This document shows, piece by piece, positions 48,307 through 60,666 of a DNA stretch of 64,000 nt (position 1 is its first letter; every line of letters begins with the position of its first letter). The position numbers and the translations under genes are program-made. Location: assembly GCA_009103225.1 (NCBI GenBank), contig RHPI01001715.1, positions 308,701 through 372,700 on the forward strand. Direction: 5' to 3'. The stretch is from Chlorokybus atmophyticus (Eukaryota; Plantae; Mesostigma and Chlorokybus algae). Under the pieces are notes generated by a model, which saw only the letters and a program-made list of their open reading frames with translations, had not been told where the DNA came from and ran no database searches.

Positions 48307-49911
48307 TCACCGTGGCATAAAGTCCCTGAGTGCATCTGCACCCGGCTGTGCACTCGTCCCGTTCCCAGAATGGTCCATGTCCATCACATCCGCATTCAAA
48401 TCCATGGGCTTCTGCTCATCCTCATCATGCGCAGCCTCGGACTTGACAACGATATCATTGTGGCCGTTGCCCGTTGCTGATGGCAATGGCACCTGCGCAT
48501 GTTTGAATAACAGCAGTTGAGCCTCTGGAGCTGGCAAATGCACATCAAACAATGTAGGGGGGGTAGCTGCAACCCGTATGAAAGCATCACTATGACAACC
48601 GAGCATTGAAGTACAGTGAAGCACTTCATTATATGTAAGCATTATGTGTGGTATGCCACGTTGTGTAAGGTTGAGATGCACAGAATTGATGCGTTGTTAT
48701 TATATATGTCATGTATATGTGGACGTGCTGTCGACTCAGCCAAATGGACAAATTATACACATGGATAGTGTTGGAGTGATGCTAGCACACGGGAAGGTGT
48801 TTGGACTTGCACATGTTGTTGAAACGACCTGTAACTGTTCTAAGCACGCACAGCCTCATTGTGTTGCTGTAGCAGGATGTTGTGTTGGTTGTGCCACAAC
48901 TTGCACGCACAGTGACTTGAAATTGTCCCGTGGCAACTATGTGGCGGTGTGGTGTTTCAAAATGCAACAACGCACCGGTGTCGCGCGTATGGACTCATAT
49001 GCTGTGGATTCCTCCGGATACGCGGCCTGTGCTTCCAACATAAGGGAGTCGTACAGCTGCTGGAAGGCTTCAACCTTCCCTTTAGTAGCCTGTGCACAAA
49101 CACAACCCGCTCATGCACCATGCACAACCCCACGCTATCAAGTTTGCATAACATGGGCGTCAATACAGGTGTTCAATGCGGAGGCGTTTATGCAAGCAGC
49201 AAGACAATTGGCAAAAGACAGAAATATACGTCTACTACTACATAAATGTTCACCATATACATAGGCTTTCCATTAGTATGCAAGTGTACTAGCTAGCATG
49301 CAGCACGCCAACACCAGGCAAACCACACCGCACACACACACACACACACACACAACAAGCAGACAGCAACTTTTAAAGGCAATGGCAAGGGCGTGCAAGG
49401 CTGTTGTGCTAGTAACTAAGTGCATGAGCGGGGCGAGGGCGAGGGTGAGGCAGCAAGCAGTGCAGTGGCAAGCAAATTAGCCGACCTGAGCAACAGGCGG
49501 CATACATGTTTACTTGTTGTGTGATACCTGGTTTTTGGTTAAGCAGTCGTTAAACATGCCTTGCGTGTACAGCGCCGGGTTGCGCCCCTCATCAACCAAA
49601 CTGCAAGCAAGCGAGAGTTTTCGTGGTTGCATACAACAACAACGACGACAACGACAACGACCAATGATAAGCAAAATAAAGGAACAGCAGCAGCAGCAGC
49701 AGCAACAAGTCCCGTGCCTTAGTATTTCTGGTGGGACCAGCGCGGATTGGCACTTATCCCGGAGTGCGTGTAGTGAGGCGAGCTCTGCGACGAGGCGGTT
49801 GAGGCGGTCGAAGAGCAGCAGCTGCGACTGCTCCGTGAAACCCGACACCGTGTTCTCCACCTGGTGTGCGGCCAGAAGCGCCCTCTCGCACGCCTCGACC
49901 ACCTCCTCCAT
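48307..49911 (-). CDS. MED10: Mediator subunit 10, 4 exons
   Basis: HQVENTVSGFTEQSQLLLFDRLNRLVAEL...VPPEILS|LVDEGRNPALYT...CLTKNQ|ATKGKVEAFQQL...AYPEE..YESIRA is colinear with plant MED10. Confidence 0.9.
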
Positions 49912-50891
49912 GTCACACTGCCCCTCGCCGCTGCTGCTGCCGCCGCCGCCGTAAGCGGCGGGGAGACTGCTGCCGGCTACCAGAAAATGCTGACAGTGTC
50001 GGGCTTGAATGCAAGCGGCTTTCTCTCCTGAGTTGCTCCGTGCACCAGCGAGCAAAGTATTTTTCGCATGCGGTGCTGTGTCAAGTGAGATTGGGTGCAC
50101 TCGACGTGTGCTGCGTGCTTGCTTTTTGCTGCTTGTTCTACTACTATTATGCGCAAAGCACCCATGGTGCACAGGTTGGTTGCAAACCACAACTCCAGCG
50201 TCACAACTGCCTGTCTGCCTGCCCTGCTGCTGCGCCTCATTTGCATGCACTTAGCTAGAGCACGTAGTTGACCTCTGTGTAGGGTTGTGCCCTACCTCAG
50301 TTAACGTCTTGCCTGCTTGCTTTTGGCGTGCTACCTTGCAGGTTGTGCATCAGCGATACCAATCAGCCTGTACATATCCTGTTCACCTTGCCTACCATGC
50401 AAGTGGTCCAGCCCATGTGTGTTGACCATTGCAGTACCGTTTACGGTACCTGGTAACTGTGACGGTAGCCAGCAGTGCTAAAACTCCAATATCCAGTACA
50501 GCCACTTAGGTACAAGCACTATCAATGTTGCAACACAAGTTTTTTGCCTGGCATCTACTGCGCAAGACTGGCGAGCGAGCACTTGGGTGACTTGCATGTT
50601 TACGCATTTCCTTGCAGCGCGTGTATTGGATGTGCTCTTGGAGAATAGTCACCTTGCTGAAAAAACAAGCAAGCCAAGCACTGATGCACGCGTCACTGAC
50701 GCAAAGGAAGATGAGGGCTTCACAACTCACCGACCACCTATGAGTGCAATGTGACACTCACACGTGCTAGCCACAACATACGCTCCACCGCAGCACTCAG
50801 TGAGAACCCACAATGCTGGTACATACGAGCGCAGCCTGAGAGTATAGGATGCACAATGCACGCATATATTGCAATACTGCTACCAGGCCAA

Positions 50892-51935
50892 TTAGACCAG
50901 CTCAATAATAGCCATCTCAGCATTGTCACCGCGGCGCCTTGGAAAAGTACGGATGATGCGTGTGTATCCACCATTGCGCTCGCCATATCGCTCAGCAACC
51001 TGGAGGGATTAGGGTGTCATGCCACATCACGAGCCAATATGTGTAACAAGGCACAAGCTACGATTGTTAAACCCAAGTGTTTGTTCTGGATAGCACTCTA
51101 CATGTCAAGATTGCACATGCTGGTGATGTCAATTGCATTGCGCATGTTGCATCGCTCTAGGTCATGACTGCTTGTCATGGGGACATGGATCGCATGTGGC
51201 ATGGAGTGTACCTCAGCAAACAAAGCATGGACCAGCTGCTTGTCGTACACCCAGCCGAGAGCCTGGCGCCGCTGGTGCAGCGTGCCGCCCTTCGCCAGCG
51301 TGATCATGTGCTCCACATGCTTTCGCACAGCCTGCGCGCGCGCCTTGGTTGTCGTAATGCGTCCGTGCCTCAACACCTGGTATGTGCGTGTGTGACAGAG
51401 GGGTCAGTCGCACACACACACAATTGCGCGTGCATGCTAGCAAGAAACCATATACAATTACACAGAAAGATACAAGTACATTCAAAAGATAAGGTATAAG
51501 AAAAGTTATAATTCACCTCTGTGGTCAATGCACGCAGCAGAGCCTTGCGCTGATCCGCGGGCAGGTTCAGCTTGGGGATCCTCTTGGCGTGCCTCATGCA
51601 AAACCATTTAGCGCCATTCGCCACGTTGCTAGCAAGCTGTGACAGTCCATCGCTAACTGCAAGAATGCACGCCCATGAGCATAACGACAGCAGAATTGTG
51701 CTTGGGGCAGACAGGCACAATTACACACAATGTGACACATGCCTTGCTTGAGGGGGAGGGCGGGAGACCTAGCCAGGCCAGTGAAGCTGGTCAGCTGGCA
51801 GCGAGAGGAGGAGGAAGAGGTGGTGACAGCCCCCGCCCGGCCTAGCCTCTGCGGAGCAACAAACCGGACTGAGGCGGAGGAAGAAGAGGACGACGGCAAT
51901 GCCGCCGCCATGCTAGCCATGCTGAACGCCGCCAT
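50892..51935 (-). CDS. RPL17: Plastid 50S ribosomal protein L17 (bL17c) with transit peptide, 4 exons
   Basis: Ser/Ala-rich transit peptide, then [27 protein letters not shown]|[14 protein letters not shown]...|[35 protein letters not shown]-stop. Confidence 0.96.
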
Positions 51936-52042
51936 GATAAATTGCGTGCCCGATCTCCGCCAATGACAGCGGCACCTGCCCCACGGCCTCCTCCTCCTCC
52001 TCCTCCTGCTGCTCCGGCGCCGCCGCCGCCGCCACGTGCCCC

Positions 52043-52051
52043 AAACCCTAA
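52043..52051 (+). promoter_or_regulatory. Telo-box (AAACCCTAA) in the RPL17 leader / RPL17-COG8 divergent promoter
   Basis: Exact AAACCCTAA. Telo-boxes are established cis-elements of plant translation-related genes. Confidence 0.55.
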
Positions 52052-52231
52052 CCACGGACAAAGCCAATGAGCAGCCGCAAGATCAGATAACCTTCGTCAT
52101 CACGTTAGCGTAGGCGTATTCTGTCCGTGTAGTTAGCCCTTAGTCATAACGTCTCTTTTTAACGGCAGCCAGCAAAAGTGTTTGTTTCAACAGCAATTCG
52201 TTAGCTGGGTTGCAACGATGTGGCTGATGAC

Positions 52232-52375
52232 ATGGTGGACTACCTGCTGGCGGCGGTGACGGGGGTTCTGTTGATTGGACTGCTGCTGGCGCTGGACGTG
52301 GGGCTGCGGTTGACTGAGCAGACGCCTAGAAGGCGCCCATCCGGCAGTCCCACCCACGAGAAGAAGCTTGCGTGA
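52232..52375 (+). CDS. Putative 47-aa single-TM micropeptide (uORF or separate sORF) upstream of COG8
   Basis: MVDYLLAAVTGVLLIGLLLALDVGLRLTEQTPRRRPSGSPTHEKKLA-stop. It has GC3-rich, coding-like codons, one hydrophobic helix, a basic tail and C-terminal KKxx. Confidence 0.5.
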   Translation: MVDYLLAAVTGVLLIGLLLALDVGLRLTEQTPRRRPSGSPTHEKKLA

Positions 52376-52435
52376 CAGTTGCAGCAGTGGTGCAGTCTGC
52401 CACTGCCGTTTCCTGCCTTGGCTGTCTTAGCAGCA

Positions 52436-55400
52436 ATGCCGGCAGCTGCAACGCCTCGCTCCAGCCCCGCTTCCTGGTCAGCTTGGCTTTCGTCCTCTTG
52501 TATGTGTGTTTTTGTGCTAAGCCACATCTACGTGAAGGATTAATGCAGGCCTCAGTGCTTATTGCACAATGCCCTGCACTTTGTGCTCTGTTTCAGCTGC
52601 ATGCACGATTACGTATGAACTGTTTTAATCCTGATTACTTTGATCGGTCATGCAATGGCGCATTCCAATACAGGGCAAATAGCTCAGCTTGCCTGCGCTG
52701 TTGATGTCCTGTTCAAGGTTTGCTGTGTGCTGGAATTTACTATGTTTAGAGCGTCGTTACTCAATCAAGCTCGTGGGTGTGCTGCTATCCGGGGCAGCAA
52801 GTATGATGTAGCTGCACTTGAGCATTTGAAGCACAGTAAAGGCTGCGTATTCGCCATGCAGCTCAATTGCAGTGTTGCTTATTAGTTGCTCAGCTCTGTT
52901 CATCTTTCAGCAATATGCAGATCGACACAGTAAAGGTTATCAGTTGCCACCATCATTTAACAGGGTGCTCCGTCGTGCCCTCATACTACTTAGAGCCCAG
53001 TCCAGCACACTAACATGCATGAATTTTCTTTGCCAGGGCGTTGGGCACGCCTAAAGCTGCAAGCACCCCCAGATCCGTCTCGTTCACATCCTTCAAGTCC
53101 ATTGATAACGATGCCGACGCCAGTGGTGACGCTTACCTTTCTGAGTTGCTATCCTACAGCCTTGAACGCCTTAACAAGGTTTGGCGTCATTTGCAGCTGC
53201 CATTATCACCTACCGTGTGCTTGTTTACATGCGTGCTTTGAGCTCATGGCTTGCATCTAAAGCTTTGAGAAGTCAGCTGAACTAGATCTTGGGCATGCTG
53301 AAGGTGTGCTAAGGGTTGACCTTAGTGCGTCGAGTATGGCAGGAGCCAGAGCTGTTGCGAGCAGATGGAGAGCGTCTCGCAAGGCAAATGCAGGATGTTG
53401 CAGTTGGGCATTACAGAGCATTCATCGCAGCGGCGGATTGCACGCGCCGGACCTGTGCGGAGATACAGGCTATCGACCAGCACTTGCAATCTCTGGTAAT
53501 GCCTCTCGTAGATCATCTGTTGGTTGGCCCTGATCCGCGAGTTCAATTGTTCGCCTGACATCTCCCTCGCGTTCTGCTGTCGACAGCTGGACAATCTGCC
53601 GGCGCTCGTAAGTGGATGTGAAATGTTCGTGTCTGATGCGGAACAGATTCTGGCCCAAAGGAAGTCAAACAGAACCACACTCACACATCATGCAACTCTC
53701 CTTGACTTGTTGGAAATACCGCAGCTGACCGACACGTGCGTGTTCTGGGGAAGTCCTCTCGACTGCACTGTTGTTTACTGTATCATTGTGTCATTGTCAC
53801 AACCAGCATTAAATGTGATGTCAATGAACTTGGTGTAGGCTCTTCTTGCCCCAATATGACAGCTGTCTTGAGTGCAATGATGGAACAACAGGTGTGTTCG
53901 AAATGGCAACTACGATGAAGCGTTGGATTTGGAAGCGCTTGTGTCAAAGCTGGCCACAATGCACGCAAAGTACGTGGCGCTAGCGTCGTGTTTGGCATGG
54001 GGGGAGCCTATGTTGGACCAAACACTTTTTTGCGCGTTGCAGGCTGCCAGTCATCCAGTCGCTTGCAAAGGATGTACGCATCACTATGCAGGCCATGTTG
54101 CAGCAACTGCTCCAGCGTTTACGGTCCAACATACAGGCACGTTGCGCCTGCCAGACTGTGCATCATGTCAGTATGGCCCGCAAATATGTCATATTGCTTG
54201 TTATTATGCAGCTGCCAGAGTGTTTGCGCGTGATTGGGTACTTGAGAAGACTGGGTGTGTACAGTGAGCATGAGATGCGGTTACAGGTGCGCTAAGTTAA
54301 CTGTTGCTAGTATGCTAGTTGCCGCTGTGGTCATACCTTGCGTTGTCTAGTTGGCAGAATAGGCATGATTGTTTCATTATCTTGCGGCGCAGTTTCTGCG
54401 GTGCAGAGAAGCCTATCTTACGGACGTCATTGCTGATCTGGATCGCCACAGCAGCTACGATTATTTGAAGCGCTTGACGGATGTGCATCGCGTGCACCTT
54501 TTTGATGTGGTGATGCAGGTGGGGATCTCCAAGTGGTGACAGTACTTACAACTTGACAAGCTTGTTGCATGTGCTTCCAGCACGCGCGCTTATAATGATG
54601 TCTGTGACGCAGTATCGAGCAATCTTTGCGGATGATACATCTGCCCAAGAGCAGCTGGCGCAGAAGGACTCTGGAATGCTTTACTCCTGGGCCACGCATC
54701 GTGTACGTGCCAGCAGGCAGGAGTGTGCACGCTGTTCATAAACACCCATGTAGCACTCATGTGGTGGTTGTATTAGTTATGTGCCTATGTGGAGACATTG
54801 CGGGAGATGTTACCTACCATCAGCGAAGGAGGCTCTTTGGCAAGCGTGCTGGAGCATTGCATGGTATGCCGTCTGATGCAGCTGTTACATGGTATGTGGC
54901 GTCATGATTTCGGTGCTGGTCATTTATGATGTGACTCCTACAGTACTGTGGGCTATCCCTTGGTCGGGTTGGCTTGGACTTCCGTGGCATTCTGCCATCG
55001 CTTTTCGAAAAGTAAGTCCATTTTCAGCGGGCAAGCAGGTGTTTTTGCGGGTGTTCTCACTATCTACAATGCACATTCATGCAGCTGCGCGTACGAGATA
55101 TTCAAACGGAACATCACAGCAGCCATGGATGCATTTCAGGTGAGTTCAATCGGCAGTCAAAACTGCACGACTGGAGGTTTGTGCATGTATCTGATAGCCC
55201 TGAGTGAAGCATAACATCGCACTACTTGACGCTGATGCAGCAAGCCCTGGACTCCTATCGCTGGGTGCCCTTACCATCGATGGCTCCCAGTGGTCGCGCC
55301 GCAAGCCACTCCAACGATGATCATGTAACCCCTCCTTACTCTTTGATGGAATATCCACCTGTGGCAACATTCATCAACGGTGGGGCTGATATTGTTATTG

Positions 55401-56308
55401 CTGATGGTTGAATTTACTTGTCCGATCGTCTTTACGACTTGTGTTGCACACAGTGTTATAGCTTACACGACCATTCTGTTTCAATGTTGTGCGTGTTTGC
55501 CAGGTGTACTGGCAGCGTACAATGAGCTTCGCCACTGCGCACCCACTGCGAAGAGAGGACCCGTCACGAAGTTGTTGCACGACGCATTGACCAGTGTGGC
55601 GGACACGCTGTCGCGGTACCATGCCACACGCTCGCTGCGGGAATCGGAGTCTGGACTGTTCCTGGCTTTGGTTCGGGCCGTGCTTGAGGCAAGTTGTCGT
55701 TTGACTGCAAGCATATGTTCATAATCTGTCAATTTGCTTTCCGGTTATGTGAGCTTCGAAAACCTAAGTAGTCAAGTAATGTGTGTAAGTTGAAGTAGAA
55801 GTAGAAGTAGAAGTCGAAGTAAGAATAGAAGTAGTAGCACTGGCAAAGCTGTGGTCAGCGCATGGCACAAACTGCTGACTGCCCATCATGTGCTCAGGTA
55901 GCGACACCGTACTTGATCATGTGCTTCGGGCGAATCTATCCAGGGCATGGTGCTCAAGTAGACTTGCAGAACACAATGAAACCGTTGAGAGACATTGTGG
56001 CGGCATCCGCGCCACCTGTTGAAGTTGGGGATGGCGAGACTACAGACGACAAGGCGTCTCAATCTTCTTCTGTCGCCCCGCAAGGCTCTGACACTGCACG
56101 CGATGGTGATGGTAGCTTGCAGAAACCGCAAACGGCAGAGCACACGACTGCCAGTGGTGCGCAACTTGAGGGCTTTGCTGACCTTGGAGCGGATGCAAGC
56201 CAAGGTCAATCCTTAGCTTCAACGGAAACTCCAAGTGATGGAACTGCGAGTGTTGGACAGGTCGCAACCACATCGCTGTCTCAACGGACCAATGACAGTG
56301 ACAATTAA
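52436..56308 (+). CDS. COG8: Conserved oligomeric Golgi complex subunit 8, about 16 exons
   Basis: [15 protein letters not shown]|[38 protein letters not shown]|[18 protein letters not shown]|[24 protein letters not shown]|YRAIF, GLDFRG and RWVPLPS are colinear with plant COG8. The first exon is uncertain: ATG 52436 with a phase-2 donor fits the acceptor at 53037. Confidence 0.93.
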
Positions 56309-57008
56309 TTCGGTGCGGGCCTCGTGGAATGCACATGTCGTTCTGTCTGTCTGACTGTACAGCTTATGTTTAGTGCCATGTGCATGGGATCAAACTTGGA
56401 GATCAAGGTATCTCTCTCCCTCCCTCCTTCCCTCCCCAACGATCATGTATCAGCTCCTATACCATTGTAACACCTACCTAGGCTTAAGCACTTAGCTTTT
56501 ACCGAGGAGGGTATGCACTCTAGCACACACTCTAGTGTGCACTCCTCACTATGCTTACACACAAGTGCGTGCTCAAACCGTAACATGTGCACACTCACAT
56601 GCAAATAGTGCAAGCACTTACACACAAATGCACACATGCACAGTATTGCATATATTCTACACTGCCAACCTTGCTTACATACTCGTGCACATATGCGACG
56701 AGTGCTACACAAGGGTGGTAGTTTTGATGTATCATTTATTAAATTACTGTATGCATGATTTAACTACATCTCGCAACCACGCTTGTGTAACTGTTTGACC
56801 TTTGCGTGCACTGATGCCGTGTACTGCCCCTCGCTCCCCACCCACACGCACTTAGCTATGTCACATAGCTGTGGATCATGGCCATGCCTTGAGCAACATA
56901 ATGCACTGCCTTTTCTGTTGCTTCTAACATTGCTTGTGGTTGCTGCTGTTTGTACTTTGCATTGCTATGTACCGAGTGTCTTTCGAATGGAATGTAACGG
57001 GCCCTTCA

Positions 57009-57320
57009 ATCAGCAGCAAACACACCGCATACAAGCCATCACATTCACGCAAGCAATAGCATCCAGCTACACAGGAACTGCAACTACAACGAAGGGCGCT
57101 GGCGCTAAGTGCAAATGCAAGGGTTGCCGGGACCAGCGCAGCGCAGCGGGAGGGGAAGGCAAGAGCTGTACCCGCAGAAGCCGGGGACTGTGAGGGGGAC
57201 TTCTTTCCAACTAGCCCCCGCGCCGCCAAGGTTTCGCAACAGCTCATACCCATGCGCAGCAACACTCACAAGGGCTGCAGCGAATTTTGGCTCGAGAGCG
57301 GTTAGTGCAAGGACACACAG
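57009..57320. repeat. Pseudo-LTR copy at the 3' end of the Penelope-like element
   Basis: Aligns by eye, in direct orientation, with 60667-61035 (atcagcagcaaa...gctaagtgcaaatgcaagggtt...ccaaggtttcgcaa...ttttggctcgagagc...gtgcaagg). Confidence 0.9.
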
Positions 57321-58675
57321 CATAGCATACGTAGCAGTCGCAGTGACATCAAATACCAGTGGACATGAAATGCTCTCCGGGCACCGGTGTATGCATGCAT
57401 TTGCACATGACATACATGTGTCTCCCGATCTGTGGTGATGCCGAAGCCGAGGCAATGTGCTAGGAGAGGTGTGTGTAAGTACAGTCAAACAACAACCCCG
57501 GCCTGGTTTACATGGCTGCCCTCAAACGCAAATGCAAGGTGTGCCTGTTGTAGCCTATAGTCTGCATGTCATCCAGCAAGCAAACGATCTCCTCCCAAAA
57601 ATGTGCTCTGTACGTGGATAGTCATAGGATCTGGAAGCACTTGGACACCACCACGTTCTGTTTGGTTGCCCTTGCAATGTTGGATGCCGGGTGAGGGGCA
57701 CGCATGAGGGGGACTTGAGCAAAGGCAGTTTCTCTTCGCTTGCTGTATATGCGCGTAACAACACTCACGTCAGGTGTCTAGGATATTAACATATTTACAT
57801 AAGGCAACCGCACTCCCTGAGCGGTGACTGCCTGAGAATTGATTGATCAACATGTCAGCTTGATAGATGCCACCCGCTAGTGCTGTATCTGTCTTATACA
57901 TGACATCAGCAAAGTCTGGTAAGCCAGCCGCAAGTAATTCATTGACAGTTGATGATCAACTTTGAAACAAGCGGACAATGCCACGGGCGTATTGCACAAA
58001 CATAGGGCGTGGCACCAAAGGCTGTAATACCCTCAACCAATCCAGTTCCCGTGATGTCCGTAAATCCTTGATCAGGTATACCCCGGCACTATTGCCCATT
58101 GGGATACTAATCACCTATTGATGCAGCCTGTCCTGTGCACTATGCAGATACAAGTTGCCCATCAGATACGTTGGCAAGACATGCAACACCTCTGCAGTAC
58201 ACACTTTTGTCAGCCCCTCCGTAATAATGCTTGAGCCCGAAGCCCATCTGTGCGTCATTTGACCATTTAGCGGCAGTCATGTGCAGTGTGTTAGCACGAA
58301 AAGTTCTGAGCTTGTAGTGAAATGCAGCAGCGAGTAAACTCTGCATGCTAAATGCATGTGTAAAGCGCTGTGAAGTCATAAGTAGTTGGATGCACCAATT
58401 GTTGTTTCCGCTGCACCTTGCGGATGGTGTCAAGGAACAGCAGCCAGCGCTGCAGGCCCTTCTAAAATTGCTGGACCCACGACTGACACATCATATGATC
58501 CTACACGCATTTCCCATAGAGAGCAATAATCACAGGGGCAATGAACTTGTATGCCTGTGTCCACCACACCGGCACAGCAGCTAGTGTTGTATCAAAGGCA
58601 CCAGCATTAAACCGCAATGTGGGAGGGTCTTTGTGCATGTTTGCCGTCATGTAAATGTGATGGTGGTGGGGGGGT

Positions 58676-58722
58676 NNNNNNNNNNNNNNNNNNNNNNNNN
58701 NNNNNNNNNNNNNNNNNNNNNN
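58676..58722. other. Assembly gap inside the retroelement, flanked by G runs
   Basis: N run between ggggggt and ggtggggggg. Confidence 0.98.
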
Positions 58723-60666
58723 GGTGGGGGGGGGGGCAGCTTGGCGCTTTTTATGTTAGCAACCTTGAACTCGTGCTGTCTATTAAGGGCATCGTGCCTT
58801 ACCAGGATTTGTGCTGCTGTCTCATGGACAATTAAACAATAAGTAGGTGTTGTATAACTTAGCGTGCAGCAGATAGATAATAGAACTTGCATACAAATGC
58901 AAATGCATTCACTGCCTTGTCCACTTGTGTAATGACCAGCTGGTCTTGCATCGTGCGAATGACTGTATGGTCTGCCAATATATAACTGTATGATCAGTCG
59001 ATAAAAGCAAGTGATGTTTTGCATGTGACTGCATTGGCAACCATGATGATTGCACCTTGTCAATAAACATAGTGGTGATCTGGTGTACCCATGGTTGCAG
59101 CAGGCCGGGCTGGTGCTGTCTTCTGTGCATGTGCGTAGTTTTGCAAATCTATTAGCAAGAATGCTAGACACGCTGAGGCAGGAGCAATAGCATCAGGTCT
59201 GAATCAAACACCGCAATTGAGCAAATGCTGCAACGTGACAGACTCAGCAATGGCACATGTTGTGATATTACATGATGGCGTAAAGTTGCATGCATGTGTT
59301 TCACCACTTCGGGGTCTGCACAGGCATGTGCCCAAGGCCATTATCTGTTGCTGCACCATCGTGCTTGTCGCTAGCGCTGACCTGTTGATAAGCCCCTCCT
59401 TATAGTGCGGTTATACTTCCACACCAACATGGGGTCTTTTTAAGTACCCCTCAGGTTAGCACGCACAACATCCTGCATTTGCGGAGCTGCTAAGATAGTT
59501 TGTAACCCAGGAACACTCTGCCACAGGGCTTAAAAACTTGCAAGCGACAAGCATGCATTTCCTTATGACTGTGCCGCGGGTCCCTGGTCGTAGCAATTTC
59601 TCTTCCGAACCCTCATGATGGCCGCATCATAGCGTGATGACAATGGCACATCTGCAGGTTTTGTGTGCTCAAGGAATTAGCATGCGTTAACAATTTCTAG
59701 GCTTGTTTGTAAACATGCATGTGATCACAAATGGCCCTGATTGATGCATGCAGTGCTGCATGTATACCAGCCGTCGCTTGTAGTTCCTGTATGCGACAAA
59801 CTTTTGCCTGTGATGTGGTGCCAATACTAGTTGCAAAGTCAGCAACAAAAGACGTCGTTAACGCAGTGCAACAGCAGGTTCAAACACATCCATGCGTGCA
59901 CGACTCGAAGAATTTATTGCATGTGGTATCATCGTGTTCGTACCTCAATGGGGATGCGGTGCGCAACAGCTGCATATAGGTTTTTTCTCACTTGTACGCG
60001 CATGTGCATGCCAACCAAACCACCCTCTATATCAGCAAATGATGTAAATGGAGTGTACTCGACCGGTGAATCCGCCAAGCCAAAGTGCTCCGGGCACGTG
60101 TGTAGCATCATTTTCTTCAGCAGCGTGGGTTTAGCACCGTACACAGCTTGCACATGCTGCTTAATAACGGTTAACTTAACCGTTATGAAATGCCGTGCCA
60201 TTTGTCAACCCTGCATAGTAACGCTTAAGTCATGCACCAAATATATAATATAAATAACGTGTTTGCATTTTGTGGGGCTTGGATTGTCAGTCACACCCAA
60301 TATATCAGCTCGTTTCCTGATTCTTAAATGAATCGGGAGTGGGAGCTGTTGGGGCGCGCGGAGGACATGGCGCACCATCTCGTTTCAACCGGTGTTTGTA
60401 GCTTGCAGCTGCAGGTCCGCATCCAGCACCGCTTCCTCCATATGCACACATGCAACCAATGAAAGTACAATAACTACAGCCCCCGGCTACAAGTAACAGT
60501 GCAAGTGCGAGCCACACACAACACCACCGACGATTAAAGTCAGTCAACGCCAAGGTACATATACTAGAGGCGGGCACCCGGCAAGGGGAGTTAAGCTGCT
60601 CAGCCGCCCGCTTTTACTCCATCAGGATCCGGGGCGAATAGCATATGCAAAACAACGGGACTTTAC

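Noticed and set aside
57500-60300. In-frame TGA codons in the retroelement as possible selenocysteine recoding, as reported for some Naiads
   Set aside because: The stops are a mix of TAA, TAG and TGA and come with frameshifts and a mutated catalytic motif, which indicates decay rather than recoding.
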